Of a stretch of DNA of 64,000 bases, positions 35,740-49,832 are shown piece by piece; position 1 is the first letter of the stretch; each line of letters opens with the position of its first letter. Location of the stretch: assembly GCF_009914755.1 (NCBI RefSeq), contig NC_060938.1; one strand, given 5' to 3'. This DNA comes from the human T2T-CHM13v2.0 reference genome, Homo sapiens. The notes below the pieces were generated by a model, which was not told where the DNA came from, searched no databases, and saw nothing but the letters and a program-made list of their open reading frames with translations. The translations under genes were made by a program, and so were the position numbers.

Positions 35740-36038
35740 GGCTGGGCACAGTGGCTCACACCTCTAATCCCAGCACTCTGGGAGGCAGAGGCAGGTGGAT
35801 CACCTGAGGCCAGGAGTTCAAGACCAGCCTGGCCAACATGGTAAAACCCGGTCTTTACTAGAAATACAAAAATTAGCCAGGGGTGGTGGTGCATGCCTGT
35901 AATCCCAGCTACTCAGGAGGGTGAGGCACTAGAATCTCTCGAACCCAGGAGGCGGAGGCCGCAGTGAGCCGAGATTGCACCATTGCACTCCAGCCTGGGT
36001 GACAGGGTGAGACTCCATCTCGGAGTGGGGCAGAGGGG
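35740..36038 (+). mobile_element. AluS with a G-rich tail
   Basis: Full dimer; TSD AGAATCTGTGCTCCTTG / AGAATCTGTACTTCTTG. Confidence 0.93.
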
Positions 36039-36301
36039 AGAATCTGTACTTCTTGTAGCAGGCCATAATTGGGAAAGTCTTTGGCTTGGCTTCTTAGCTT
36101 AGAGAGGTTTGTAGAGGTCTAATATGACATTTCTCCTCACCAGATAGTTTTAAAAAAACTAAAGTTGACTGATAGAAAATCAATAAAGTTCCTTGAATAT
36201 GTAAAGGAAAATGAAATTCTCAGTCCCCCGACCCACTGAATGGATGCCCCCGTTGGCCAAGGGGAACACAAAGAAACCTTAAAAACGAGTTCAGGCCATG
36301 G

Positions 36302-36846
36302 TGTAATGCCCAACCTTGTTTTTACTAACCCTGTTCTTAGACTCTCCCTTCCCTTTAATCACCTAGCCTTGTTTCCACCTGAATTGACTCTCAGCTAAGA
36401 GAGCCAGACAGACTCCATCTTGGCTCTTTCACTGGCAGCCCCTTCCTCAAGGACTTAACCTTTGCAAGCTGACTCCCAGCACATCCAAGAGTGATAAGAT
36501 ACTGTGGCGAGCAATACCCGCAGTTCCCAGGAATTCATCCGATTGATAACGCCCAAAGCCCCCCGCGTCTATCACCTTGTAATAGTCTTAAAGCCCCTGC
36601 ACCTGGAACTGTTTACTTTCCTGTAACCATTTATCCTTTTAACTTTTTTGCCTACTTTACTTCTGTAAAATTGTTTTAACTAGAACTCCCTCCCCTTTCT
36701 AAACCAAAGTATAAAAGAAAATCTAGCCCCTTCTTCGGGGCCAAGAGAACTTTGAGCGTTAGCTGTCTCTTGGCCGCCGGCTAAATAAACGGACTCTTAA
36801 TTCGTCTCAAAGTGTGGCGTTTTCTCTAACTTGCTCAGGTACAACA
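36302..36846 (+). mobile_element. LTR6 (HERV-S71) solo LTR
   Basis: TGTAATGCCCAACCTTG...CAGGTACAACA; TATAAAA at 36710, AATAAA at 36784; TSD ATGG/ATGT; many CpGs retained. Confidence 0.8.
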
Positions 36847-36987
36847 ATGTTGGGAAGCTGGGGGGGTCAGACCTGCCTTGTCATGCAGGTTCAGCCCATG
36901 GTGGGAAGCTGGGGGGTCAGACCTGCCTTATCATGTGAGTTCAAGCCATGATGGGAAGTTGGGGGGTCAGACCTGCTTTGTCATGCC
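36847..36987. repeat. ~3x50-bp tandem repeat inside MER4D
   Basis: Unit ATGnTGGGAAGyTGGGGGGTCAGACCTGCyTTrTCATG.. repeated three times. Confidence 0.9.
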
Positions 36988-38403
36988 CTCCTCCCTTTGG
37001 GGTTCAGGCACAACTGACCAGCATTAACATTGAAATTGAGAACATAAGACTGACAAAACAGACTCTTTGTAGCAATAGAATATCTAACTCCAACCTGGCT
37101 CTGCTGTAGTGTTGTATGACAGATAGCAGGCTCTGTAGAGAATCAGAGTATTTACCGCCCAAAGATATTTTCTTTGAAATATTTTGAAGTGGCCCTGTGA
37201 AGCATCTTTTGTGGGGGGAAATTTGCATTCTGTAGAGAATCTTTTTCCCCTTCTAGGTCTTTTTCAGAGAGGCTGACACCTTTTAAGGTCATTTAAGGTA
37301 GGTTTTAAGGTAAACGTCATAAGAGGCATTTACTGTCTATTCTCTCTGAAGCCTGTTACTTAGTGGCTTCATCTACATGACGAGAACCTTGGCTTTCACA
37401 ACCCTCCTTATCTTAAATTAAGCATTTCTTTATGCTGACTTCAACTTTTCAGGCAAATAGGTTAACTCTTTTAACTAACTACCAGTCAGAAAACCTCTGA
37501 TTCCACCTATGATCTGGAAGCCCCTCTCCCTACTTCAAGATGTCCCATGTTTACCAGCTGAACCACTGATATGTGTTGGTTTATGTCTTTGCCTGTAACT
37601 TCTGTCTCTCTAAAATGTATACAATCAAGTTGTAAGCCAACTACTCTGGGGACGTGTTCTCAGGACCTCCTGAGGCTGTGTTGCTGGCCATGGTCACTCA
37701 TATTTGGCTCAGAATAAGTCTCTACATATTTTACAGTGTTTGGCTTTTTTCATCAACAGATACTACCAAAGCACCGACTAAAATATTATATTTTTAAAAA
37801 TACACAGAATTACTATTCTTGTTACACTTACATAAATAATGAGGCCAAGTTAATTGAAACTGGACTTATTAAAAAAATCTTACTGTAATTACCTTTGGTA
37901 AAAATGGGAGTGTCTGTTAAAAAGATTCTATTTTAATAGAAACCTATGGAGCATCTGTGGTCAAATTCTAGTCCTGTTCATTTTCTTTGAGGTTTTATTA
38001 CCCATCTGTAAACGGGAGTGAATTCCGATTTCTTCTAGTTTAGTAAAAAGCTAAAAGTTCCTTTGTCCTAAGCTCTGCAAGCTGAAACTGGAGGACTTTA
38101 AACTTCAGAAAAATCACTATAGCAGACCATCTATGGGCAATGTTCATGCCTGCTGCTATATGGGTCACTTGGAGAGTTCACCAGAGGAGTATCTGATGAC
38201 ATAAGCAGAGATATTCTAACTGCAAATCAGGAAAATCCATTAGATTACAGCTGCCATGCTCATCCCCCCTCTAAAGATGTTTCAAACTCAAATCTAGAAA
38301 TCTCAACTAGCTGTCCTTCTGACTCAAACTCTAAGATCACAGTATACTCCAAATATTAATCTTTGTTTTTAGTTTACTCTCATAGGATGACAGCTTGAAT
38401 TTC

Positions 38404-38830
38404 CTTCAAGCAATACAATCTGAAATGAACAATTTAGCTTCCATAGGCTAACTTCCATAGAAGTTCTTGATCTGGTAAGAAGAAGTAGTTTATGCTCGTT
38501 TTAATAAAAAATGTTGCTTCTATGTCCATAAATTAGAAATCGTTGCCCCAAATTAAAAGGCTTTTCATTAACAAATACATTTCTCATCAAATAGGTACTG
38601 CTTCCTCGTTGGATTTATTCAGTTGGTTAAATCTTGACTCCTGGGATCTCTGCTCCAGGGAATTTTTCAGCCAATAGTTCTTGGCTATTATCCTCCTTAG
38701 TCATTGTATTCATTCTCCTTAGTCATTGTATTCACTTCCCTGTAGTCCTTGTATCCTTGTGAGGATTTTAAATACTTTCCAGTAGCCACTCACACCTCAA
38801 ATGATTGCCATCAGGATTAGACAATTTAGA
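38404..38830 (+). pseudogene. Retroviral env TM-subunit relic
   Basis: Frameshifted translation LQAIQSEMNNLASI..VLDL..LC..NKKCCFYVH..LDLFSWLNL matches the heptad, immunosuppressive domain, CX6CC and membrane-proximal layout of gamma-type Env. Confidence 0.7.
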
Positions 38831-39940
38831 GACCTGAACCACCTGACCACTCAAGTCTTACAATGAATGTTCAATTTTGGATAATAATGATAACGTGACC
38901 TTACATCCCAATGCAGCTGTTGATAATGATAATGCCTACAAGACTGCTCCAGTGACTATATCAATAGTGGCAGCTGAGAGTAAGCTATGCTGTCTGGTCA
39001 CACCCTCAGCATGCTGAGAGGGTGAACAAAGGGGAGTGAGGTGTGGGGTTGTTAAAGTAAGTGAAGATGGAGATTGGGCCTGATGAATTCCTGAGAGGAC
39101 AAAACCAGTTAGGTCTCATAAGTGACCTCAACCTTGCTTTATTTGCAAACATAAGCAAAACTTAAGCTATTTCTTTTAAATACCTACTTTTTTTTTTAAA
39201 AAAAGAGCTTAAGCTCAACCAATTAGAAGTATCCAACAAACTTATAATTATATAACTAGTGACTTTCCAACAGGATAGACCAAAAAATGCAACGGCATAG
39301 CTGTGTTTAATCAAATATTTTCTTTGCTTTTCTTCTATGTTTGTTCTGTAAAAGCCTCACTCTTGCATTCCCTTGGAGGAGGTCCCGAACTCCTTCTGGT
39401 TTGGAGGTGCCCAATCCATGAATCATTGCTTGCTCAAATAAACTCTTCAAAATTTTATGTGCCTCAGTTTACTTTTTAGAAAACTGCAATGTTTTCATAC
39501 ACGCATACACATGAAATAATTAAATCAAGCTAATTAACAAATCCATCACCTCACATACTTATATTTTATGGTAAGGCCATTTAAAATAAACCCTTCTAGC
39601 AATTTTGAAATATACAATACATTATTATTAACTATAGTCAAAATGCTGTGCAATAGATCTCTAAAACGTATTCCTTACATCTCACTGAAACTTTGCACCT
39701 TTGGCCCAACATCTCCACATTCCCCAGTTCCAACGCTCCAGCCCCTGGCAATCACCACCCTACTCTCTGGTGCTGTGAGTTCCTCTTTTCTAGATTCCAC
39801 ATATAAGTGAGAACATGAAGTCTTTGTCTTTCTGTGCCTGGCTTATTTCACTTAACATAATGTCCTCCAGGCTCATCCATTTCATAAATGACAGGATTTC
39901 CTTCTTTTATAAGCTAAATAGTATTCCACTTTGTATATGT

Positions 39941-40287
39941 TGTTGTCAGTGGCGATGTGGGTGGTGATTGGGGCTGGCGTTGCGGGCAGTGAAATAATTT
40001 ACTGAAACAGCAGTAAGTTAAAGAAAACAAGTTTATTAGAGAGAAAGTATGTTTCAAGGGAGCAACAGGCAGCACAGCAGAGAAGGGGCTTGTCTACCAA
40101 GAAGCAGAGGCTGGAGGGAAGTTTTATAAGGTGGTGCTGCTGGGGCTATGTGCAGAATGAGGTATTCGGGAACAGGATGCTGTGCCAGTGGGTTGTCTGT
40201 GATTAGCCATTTCCCAGAACAATTGTTCTCTCCCTCTCCTGGGGCCTCTTCCTCACTGTTGCTTACTTATCTTATCAGGACTCCACA
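39941..40287 (-). mobile_element. Solo LTR (ERVL-type by 5-bp TSD; family unassigned)
   Basis: TG...CA termini, reverse-strand AATAAA and TATAAA, TSD TATGT/TATTT; interrupts L1. Confidence 0.7.
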
Positions 40288-42305
40288 TATTTGTCAGATT
40301 TCGTTTATCCATTATCCACTGATGCATACTTAGGTTGATTTCATATCTTGGCTAATGTGGATAGTGCTGTAATGTATTTCTTTGACATATTATTTTGTAT
40401 CCTTTGGATGTATACTCAGAAGTGATGTTCCTGGATCATATGGTAGTTCTATTTTTAGTTTTTTGAAGAATCATAGTGTGTTCCAAAAGGCTGTACTAAG
40501 TTACAATCCCACCAACAGTGTGCAAGGGTTTCCTTTTCCTGACATCCTCATCAACACTTTTGGTAAGTGTTTCATCATCTTTTTGATAATAGCCATTTTA
40601 ACAGGTGTGAGGTAATATCTCACTGTGGTTTTAATTTGCATTTCCTTGATGATTTAGTGACAATGAGCATTGCTTTATATACCTGCTGACCATTCGTATG
40701 TCTTCTTTTGAGAAATGTTTCTTCAAGTCCTTTGTCCAATTTAATCAGGTTGATTTCTTGCTGTTGGGCTGAGTTTCTTATATATTAACCTCTTATGAGA
40801 TGTATGGTTTGCAAATATGTTCTCCCATTTCTTAGGTTGCTTTCACCCTTTTGATTGTTTCCTTTGCTGTGCAGAAGCTTTGTAGTTTGGTGTAATCTCA
40901 CTTGTCTGTTTTTGCTTTTCTTACCTGTGGTTTTGGGGTCACATCCAAAAACATCATTGCCTAGACGAATGTCGTGAAACTTTTTTCTTATGTTTATTTC
41001 TAGTAGTTTTAGTTTTAGGTCTTATATTGAAGTCTTTAACCCGTTTTGAGTAGATCTTTGTAATAATATATGATATGAGATGAGGGTCTAATTTAATTCT
41101 TCTGTATGTGGATATCCAGCTTTCCTAAGATCATTTACTAAAGAGACTGTCATTTTCCCATTATGTGTTCTTGACATCTTTGTTGAAAATGAATTGACCG
41201 TAAATGCATGGCTCTGCATGGCTATTTCTAGGCTCTCTATTCTGTTCCATTAATCTATGTGTCTTTTTTTTTGTGCCAGTACCATGCTGTTTTGATTACT
41301 GTAGCTTTGTAGTAGATTTTGAAATTAGATAGTGCGATGCCTTTGAGTTTGTTCCTTTTGGTCAAGGTTACTTTGGCTATTTGAGGTCTTCTGTGGTTCC
41401 ACGTAAATTTTAGGATTATTTTTTCTGTTTCTGTGAAAAATGATATTGGAATTTTGATATGGGATACACTGAATCTGTGGATCATTTTGAGTCATATGGG
41501 CATTTTAATAATATTGATTTTCAATCAATGAACACAGGATTTAAAAAAAATTTTTTTATCTTCTTCAATTGCATTCATCAATATTTTCTAGTTTTTACTC
41601 TTAAATATTTTATTTTATAGCTATTGTAAATGAAATTGTTTTCTTAATTTTTTTCCAGATCATTTGTTATTAGTGTATAGAAACACTACTAAGTTTTGCA
41701 TCTTGTATCCTACAACTTTACTGAATTTGTTTATTAGTTCTAACAGCTTTTGATGAAGTGTTCAAGGTAATCAGTATATAAGGTAATTTAATCAGCAAAT
41801 ATTTTCACTTCTTCCTTTCCTATTTGTATGCCTTCTATTTCTTTTTCTTGCTTAATTGCTCTGGCTAGGACTTCTAGTACTCATTGAATAGGAGTGGGCA
41901 GCCCCATTTCTAACTCAGTGATTTAAAGGGGCTATCCAGGGCCTGACACTGCACTGAAGAAACCCAGGCTGGCTCTCCTGTCCAGACTTGGTTCTGAGTT
42001 CCCTGTCAAGAGCCAAGTGTTTGCCATGCACTGTGAGCTGTGGTTACCATCCCATTTCTCTGATCTGCAAACTGAACTTGAGCTGTTAAAGGCCTGACAT
42101 CTCAGAGGGCAGATACTGCAGAGCTGAGACTCCACCCCAGGTAGGTCTGACCCCCCAACCTGGGCTAACCTCTTGCCATGTTGCCCCAACTTAGGTCATT
42201 CCACATTCATGAAACCGAGTTCTGCACTGGCCCTTCCTGGCTCTTCTGACAACCTTCCTGTTGAGGGCATCCCTGCCTCACAGCCTTGCTCTGCCCTTCT
42301 GCTCC

Positions 42306-42355
42306 CACTCTCTCTGCTGTCCATGGGCTCACTCTCTCTGCTGTCCATGGGCTCA
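42306..42355. repeat. 2x24-bp tandem duplication
   Basis: CACTCTCTCTGCTGTCCATGGGCT twice, perfect. Confidence 0.95.
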
Positions 42356-42435
42356 TCATGCCTTCCCTTTACACACCTGTGGTCACCCGGGCACCCCCCC
42401 CCCCCCCCACCAAGGCCAATGAGTCTGTTGAGAAA

Positions 42436-43146
42436 TGTCATGGACTAGCCTGTGCCCTCCAAATTCATATGTTGAAGTCCTAAGCCCTAGTATCTTGGAA
42501 TGTGACCTCATTTGGAATTGGGAGATGGGGTCTTTACAGAGATAATCAAATTAACATGAGGCCATTAGGGTGGGCCCTAGTCCCATGTGTCTGGTGTTCT
42601 TACAAGAAGGGGTAATTTCAAAGGGGTAAGCTCTGGTATTTGACAGTACAGTAGGGAAATTATAGTTAACAATAATTTTTGTGTATATTATTCAAGATAA
42701 CTAGAAGAGAAGATTTGTAATATTCCCAACATAAAGAAAAGATAAATATTTGAGATGATGGATATCTTAATAATCCTGATTTACTCATTATTTTCTATAA
42801 AAGTATCAAAACACCACGTGTACCCTCAAAATATGTACAACTGTGATATACTCATAAAAATACATGGATAATTGTCACCAAAGGCCAAGAAAAAAAGAAG
42901 GGGAAAGGAGAAATTTGGACACAGTTACACACACATGTGGGGAATGCCAAAGATTGCCAGTGTACCACCAGAAGCTGGAGAGAAGCCTGGCACAAGTTCT
43001 AACTCACAGCCCACAGAAAGAGCCCAGCCTGCTAACACCTTGGTCTCAGACTCCCAACTTCCAAAACTGTGAGGCAATCCATTCCTGCTGCCTAAGTCAT
43101 TCAGGGTGTGATACTTTGTCATGGTTGCCTGAGCAAACAGATCCCA
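42436..43146 (+). mobile_element. MLT1A/B-like LTR with an inserted L1MA 3' fragment (42619-~42900)
   Basis: MLT1 motifs (ccaaattcatatgttgaagtcctaa; aaatttggacacag) flank an L1 3' UTR piece. Confidence 0.75.
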
Positions 43147-43160
43147 GGAGACAGGTCTGA

Positions 43161-44057
<897 letters not shown>

Positions 44058-47000
44058 TGAATCCTATGTGGCTGTTGACTGGGAGCTAAGACTGCTGTCC
44101 ACATTCCCTCCAGAGCCCTCCCACAGCCCCATGATGGACCCAGCCCACTTTACAGATGGAAAAACTAAGATACAGATTGGACAAGGCCCTGGCCTGGAAA
44201 GAGGCACAGCCAGGGTCCAGCCTTGCTTTCCCTGACTCCAGGCCCTGAAGGCCCTGAACCATTTTTATAGCAGGAGGGTTTCGGGAGCCCCAGGGAGCCC
44301 TGGGGGGATCGGGGCAGCTCCAGAGAGGAGGCAGCGCTTGAGCAGTGTCTCAGGCAGGGACTGGAGCTCGGAGGCCAGCATGGGGCAGCCCTGCTGGTGG
44401 CGTGAGGAATGCCGAGTCCCTGTCTGGGGATGTGCTCCAGGGGGTTCCAGGGCACCAGATGGGCTGCAGGTGGCAAGCAGGCACACAGTGTCTCGGCTGT
44501 GGTCTGGACACACTGGAACGTGGGTGGTGAGAACCTGGGCCAGGGCCAGGCCTGCTGTCCGGTGGTGACTCTCCCTGGAGTCCTGGCTGCTAGTGGGCCT
44601 TGCTGTGGGTCATTTGAGGCCAATTCCTCTAAATGGGGAAGGTAGGATGTGGGGGAGGGCAGGGAAGGCTGTGTCTCGGGACAAGAGTTATGGGGTCTGA
44701 GTCTTACCAGGTGAGTTGAGCTGGGACAGAGTCAGGTGAAACGTTGGGGGAACACCCTCACCGATGTTGGCTAGGAGGGGCCGAGGCTGCAGGCCCAGGC
44801 TGCTGGTGCAGGCTCAGTGGGGCCCTCCCTGCAGGAACTTCAAATACATCGCTAACGCGTCCCCCGCACTGCAGCTGGCTCCCTCAACACTCCAGCCTCT
44901 CTGCCTGGGCCGGCCACTCCCTTCCAACCAGGCGTCCTTCCACTTCGCTGCCCCGCTCAGCTATCACCCTCACCACAGAGCCTGTCCAGCCCACCCGAGG
45001 CGCTCCCTGCCTCTGGCCAGCTCAGGCTGTGTGTGGGGCATGTGGAAGGCACCATCTTCCCACTCAGGGGTTGCACCGCGGGGGCTCTGGTTGTAGGGAT
45101 GACATCATCATTCTCCTCCCCAGCTCACTGCCGCTTGAAACCAGTCGGCCCTGACCTTTCTTACCCCGACACCCCGCAGGACCCGCGGCAGCTGGGCGCC
45201 ACGTTACTGATGTCCCTCCGCCTCCCCCAGAGGCAGCAGAGCGACTTGCAGAGGGCCATTGGCCGATCTGTGGCCTGGCTCCCCTTGCTGTCTGCACCAT
45301 CTCCAGCAGGCCCTGAGGCTCGTGCCTCAGTCTCCTCCATACGAGGGGAGAGTCAGCTACAGACACACAGGAGTGGATCATTCTAAAAGAGTGCCTGGTG
45401 GAAAGCAAATGCCTAGTAAAATTCACCATTATGATTGGCTGTCATCCCAGCCCCACACTAGGTCATGCCTCCTCCTCTCCCATGGGCAGAAGGCTAAGCA
45501 GGAGCCAGGCCCAGAGGTAGGATGGCTATGGGCCTGTGTGGACGGCCCGTCCATCCCAGACAGGGTGTGGGCTGTGTGGGGCCCCAACAGGCAGGGCTTT
45601 GCAGTAACTGAGGAGCTCAGAATTTCATCTGGGGGTGAAAGGAGCAGGTGAGAGCTTGAATCAGGGCTTTCAAAGCCTGGGGTGAAGGAACAACTGCAGG
45701 TGCGGGAAGCATCAGATGCTCCAGGGCGAGCCTGCCAAGTGGGCTAGGTCACTGCTCTCAGGGCCTGGGACCCTGAACTCCAGGCCTCTACAAGGCAGAT
45801 TTCTTAGGGATAGAAGGGTAAGCAGTGGGGTGAAGAACACTCACAGTTCAGAAGCTAAGAAACAGGCAGGCCCTTTGAGACCCTTCCCAGGTTTCTCACC
45901 TGACAGGTGGGGAAACAGAGCAGAGTCAAACTTAGGGGCAGGGCGGTGTCCCAAGCCCTTCACTATGGGCAAGTGGAGAGCCCCGGGCCCCCACAGAGCC
46001 CACCTATGCATGGAAGACTCAGACCCCCACTCTGACCCCGCTGCTCTCAAGTCTGTTTGATTCACAAATGCCATGGGGCCTCTGAGAATGTGGGGGGTTA
46101 GTGGTCCTGGGGGTGAGTGATTTGCTCGGTGGGGACAGCTGGGGCTGAGCCTTGTCTCTTGGGACAGCAGGAAAACCCGTCTTTTACCTGCTGCCACTGA
46201 CCTTCTGAGAGTCTTTGGTCAAACCCTCATTCTCTCCAGGCACAGATTCCTGCCCTGAACCAAGGGCTGGGGGCCAAATCCCTGAGGTCACTGCCAGCTC
46301 AGAATCCTGTGGGCAGGAGTCAGGTCACCAAGATGGCAGAGTAGAAGGTAACAGCCTTCTCGTCCCCACAAAAACACAAATATAGAAAGCTGTGCATGAA
46401 CCAAAATGGTCCCAGAAGGGCTCAGGGACCCATTGAAAAATCTGCAGCAACCCAGCGGAGAAAAAAAAAAAAAAGGAGAATATTACACAGAAAGGATCAC
46501 CAGTGAGACTGGCACATCTGAGATGCCAGGAGAAGGCTAGGAACAAAGAAGAAAGATGAGGCCATTGGTATGAGCCACAGAGTGGGTGCCACCATGGTCT
46601 CCAGTGGTCTGCTCCACAGAGGATACTGCCATCTCTTGCTACGGAGGTTACCAGCAGCTGTTCCTGCCGGGGAACCCCAGAGAGGGAGATGCAGCTGTAA
46701 ACCTCCTCCCCGCACCCAAAGAGCAGCCACTGGTGTGCTGCTTCAGGCAAGGAGCTACCACCTCTCCCAACTTTGCGTGTGCCTCTTACCCACAAGCCGC
46801 AGCCACTCCATGAGTGCACATACTCCAGACTCAGCTCTGTGGCTGCACTGCACTCACTTAGAACTCAGACTGCCTAGCCATTGCCATAGTGAGCTATTTC
46901 ACACACTAGGCCCTGGAGACAAGGTCTCTCCCCATGTGCTTGCACTGTGGTCACCACTCAGCAAAGAAAAGCCCGAGATCTGATGGCTTCACTGCTGAAT

Positions 47001-47425
47001 TCTGCCAAATATGTAAAGAACAATGAATACTAATCCTTCTCAAACTCTTCAAAAAAATAGAAGGGAAGGGAATATCTCTACACACATTTTATGAGGTCAG
47101 CATTACTCTGATATCAAAGCCAGAGAAGGGCACTACAAGAAAATAAATTTACAGGCTAATATCTCTGATAAACATTCTAAAAAAAATACTGAAAAATCTA
47201 ATTCAACAGCAGATTAAAAGGATCACCCACCATGAGCAAGTGGGATTTATCCCTGGGATGCAAGGATAGTTTAGCATTTATAAATCAATAAATATAATAT
47301 ATCACATTAACAGAATGAAGAACAAAAACCATATCTCAACAGATGCATAAAAGACACTCAACAAAATCCAACATCCTTTCATGATAAAAAAAAAAAAAAC
47401 CTCTCAACATATTGGGTATAGAAGG

Positions 47426-47790
47426 TGATATGGTTTGGCTGTGTCCCCACCCAAATCTCATCTTGAACTGTAGCTCCCATAATTCCCTCATGTTGTGGGA
47501 GGGACCCAGTGGAAGGTAACTGAATCATGGGGGTGGTATCCCGCATACTGTTCTTGTGGTAGTGGATAAGTCCCACAAGACCTGATGGTTTTATAAGGGG
47601 AAACCCTTTTCACTTGGCTCTCTCATTCTCTCTCTTGCTGCTGCCATGTAAGATGTGCCTTTCACCTTCTGCCATGATTTTGAGGCCTTCCCAGCCACGT
47701 GGAACTGTGAGTCCATTAAATCTCATTTTCTTTATAAATTACCCAGTCTCGGGTGTGTCTTTATTAGAAGCATGAAAACAAACTCATACA
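47426..47790 (+). mobile_element. THE1 (C-like) solo LTR
   Basis: TGATATGGTTTGGCTGTGTCCCC...ATACA; TSD GAAGG on both sides. Confidence 0.92.
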
Positions 47791-48252
47791 GAAGGTACGT
47801 ACCTCAACACAATAAAGGCCATACACAACAATCCCAAAGCTAATATTATATGCAACTGTGAAAAGTTGAAATATTTTCCTTTGTAATCAGGAACAAGAAA
47901 GGGATGCCCACTCTCACCACTTCTATTCAACGTAATACTAGAAGTCCTAGTCAGAGCAATAAGGAAAGAGAGAGAAATAAAAGACATCCAAGATGGAAGG
48001 GAAGAAGTAAAATTGTCTCTGCAGACATGTTCTTCTATATAGAAAACCTTCAAGAATTCACCAAAAAAGTCACTAAACCAATACACAAATTCAGTAAAGT
48101 GGCAGGAGGCAACAATCAACATATAAAAATCAGTAGTATTTCCATACACTGGTAACAAACCATCTGGAAAAAATCAAGAAAATAATCCCATTTACAATAG
48201 CTACAAAAATACTAAAATACTTAGAAATAAACTTAAGCAGGTGAATGATCTG

Positions 48253-48627
48253 TGTACTAGTCCGTTTTCACACTGCTGTAAATAAATGCCCAAGACTGGG
48301 TAATCTATAAACAAAAGAGGTATAATTGGCTCATAGTTCCACAGGGATGGGCAGGCCTCAGGAAACTTACAATCATAGTGGAAGGCGAAGTGGAAGCAGG
48401 CACCTTCTTCACAGCACGACAGGAGAGAGGAGAGCAGGAGAAACTGCTACTTATAAAACCATCAGGTCTCATGAGAACTCACTCACTCTCATGATGACAG
48501 CATGGGTGAAACCACCCCCATGATCCAATCATCTCCCACCAGGTTCCTCCCTCAACACTGGGAGATTACAATTTGGATTACAATTCAAGATGAGATTTGA
48601 GTGGAGACACAGGGCCAAGCCATATCA
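48253..48627 (-). mobile_element. THE1 (D-like) solo LTR
   Basis: Reverse of TGATATGG...; TSD ATCTG/CTCTG. Confidence 0.9.
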
Positions 48628-49170
48628 CTCTGTACACTGAAAACTATACAATATTGATGAAGGAAATTGAAGAAGACACAAAGAAAAGGAATGATAGCTC
48701 TTGTTCATAAATTGGAAGACTTAATCCCATTAAAATGTTTATACTATCCAAAGCAATCTGCAGGTTCAATGCCTTGCCATATTAAAATTCCAATGTCATT
48801 TTTCACACAAAGAGAAAAAATAATCCTAAAATCTGTATGGAACCACAGAAAAAAACCAAATGGCCAAAGTAAGCTTGACCAAAAAGAGCAAACACAGAGG
48901 CATTGCACTACCTCATTTTAAAATCTACTACAAAGCTATAGTAATTAAAACAGCATAGTACTGGCACACACAAAAAGATACATAGACGAGTGGAACAAAA
49001 TGAAGAGCCTAGAAATAAATCCACATAGTTACAGTCAATTCATTTTCAGCAAAGATGTTAAGAATCACAATGGGGAAATAACAGTCTCTTCAACAAAGGG
49101 TGTTGGGAAGACTGGATATCCACATGCAGAAGAAGGAAATTAGAGCCTCATCTCCCAGCATATCTAAAAA

Positions 49171-49832
49171 TTTTCTGAATTAGTGATATGCAGTATGATA
49201 CTCCCTCATGACACAGGCCAGTGACAGAGAGCTGTAGCTTCCAGTCAGCTACGCAATCGCGAGGTTAAATAACCAATACTCTACTGGGTACTGTGTTGCC
49301 AGCATTTGGAGGGTAATAATGAAAAGAGGAAACAAACCGTGCTGTCAGAATTTGGTGTCTTCCAGTGGAACACTTGTGCCTGCTAATCCATTGACAAGTG
49401 TGGTGTGGATGCCCCAGTACCTTCCCCCAGCTTGTCTCGAGCCCCAACAGGAGAGAGAGAAATGGATGATCCTGTGGCTGTAGCATCCCTACCATGCAGC
49501 AATTGATTGTAGTTCCACGCTTCCCATACTCTTCAGGCCCACTGCGCTTGCAACTGTGAACATTCATTGAGGAGCCATACAACCATTCTGTTTGTCACTT
49601 TCAGCACAGCCTTCAATAAATTACATGAGATGTGGAATGCTTTCCTATAAAATGGGCTATGGGCCAATGTGAGTGTTTGGAATGTGTTTAAGGCAGACTA
49701 GGCTAACCTGTGAGGTTTGGTAGGTTAGGTGTATTAAATGCATTTTTTATTTATGGCATTTTCAACTTATAATATTTTCAACTCTCAACTTACAACCAGG
49801 ATGTAGTCCCATTGTAAGCCAAAGAGCATCCG
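49171..49832. mobile_element. Tigger4-like DNA transposon fragment
   Basis: Ends in CCCATTGTAAGCCAAAGAGCATCCG followed by TA, resembling the Tigger4 terminal inverted repeat and TA target. Confidence 0.7.

Larger units (their letters stand above)
36200..37758 (+). mobile_element. MER4D/E-like solo LTR interrupted by LTR6
   Basis: TGTAAA...CAACA termini; TSD AATA/GATA; match to recalled MER4D consensus on both sides of the insert. Confidence 0.8.
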
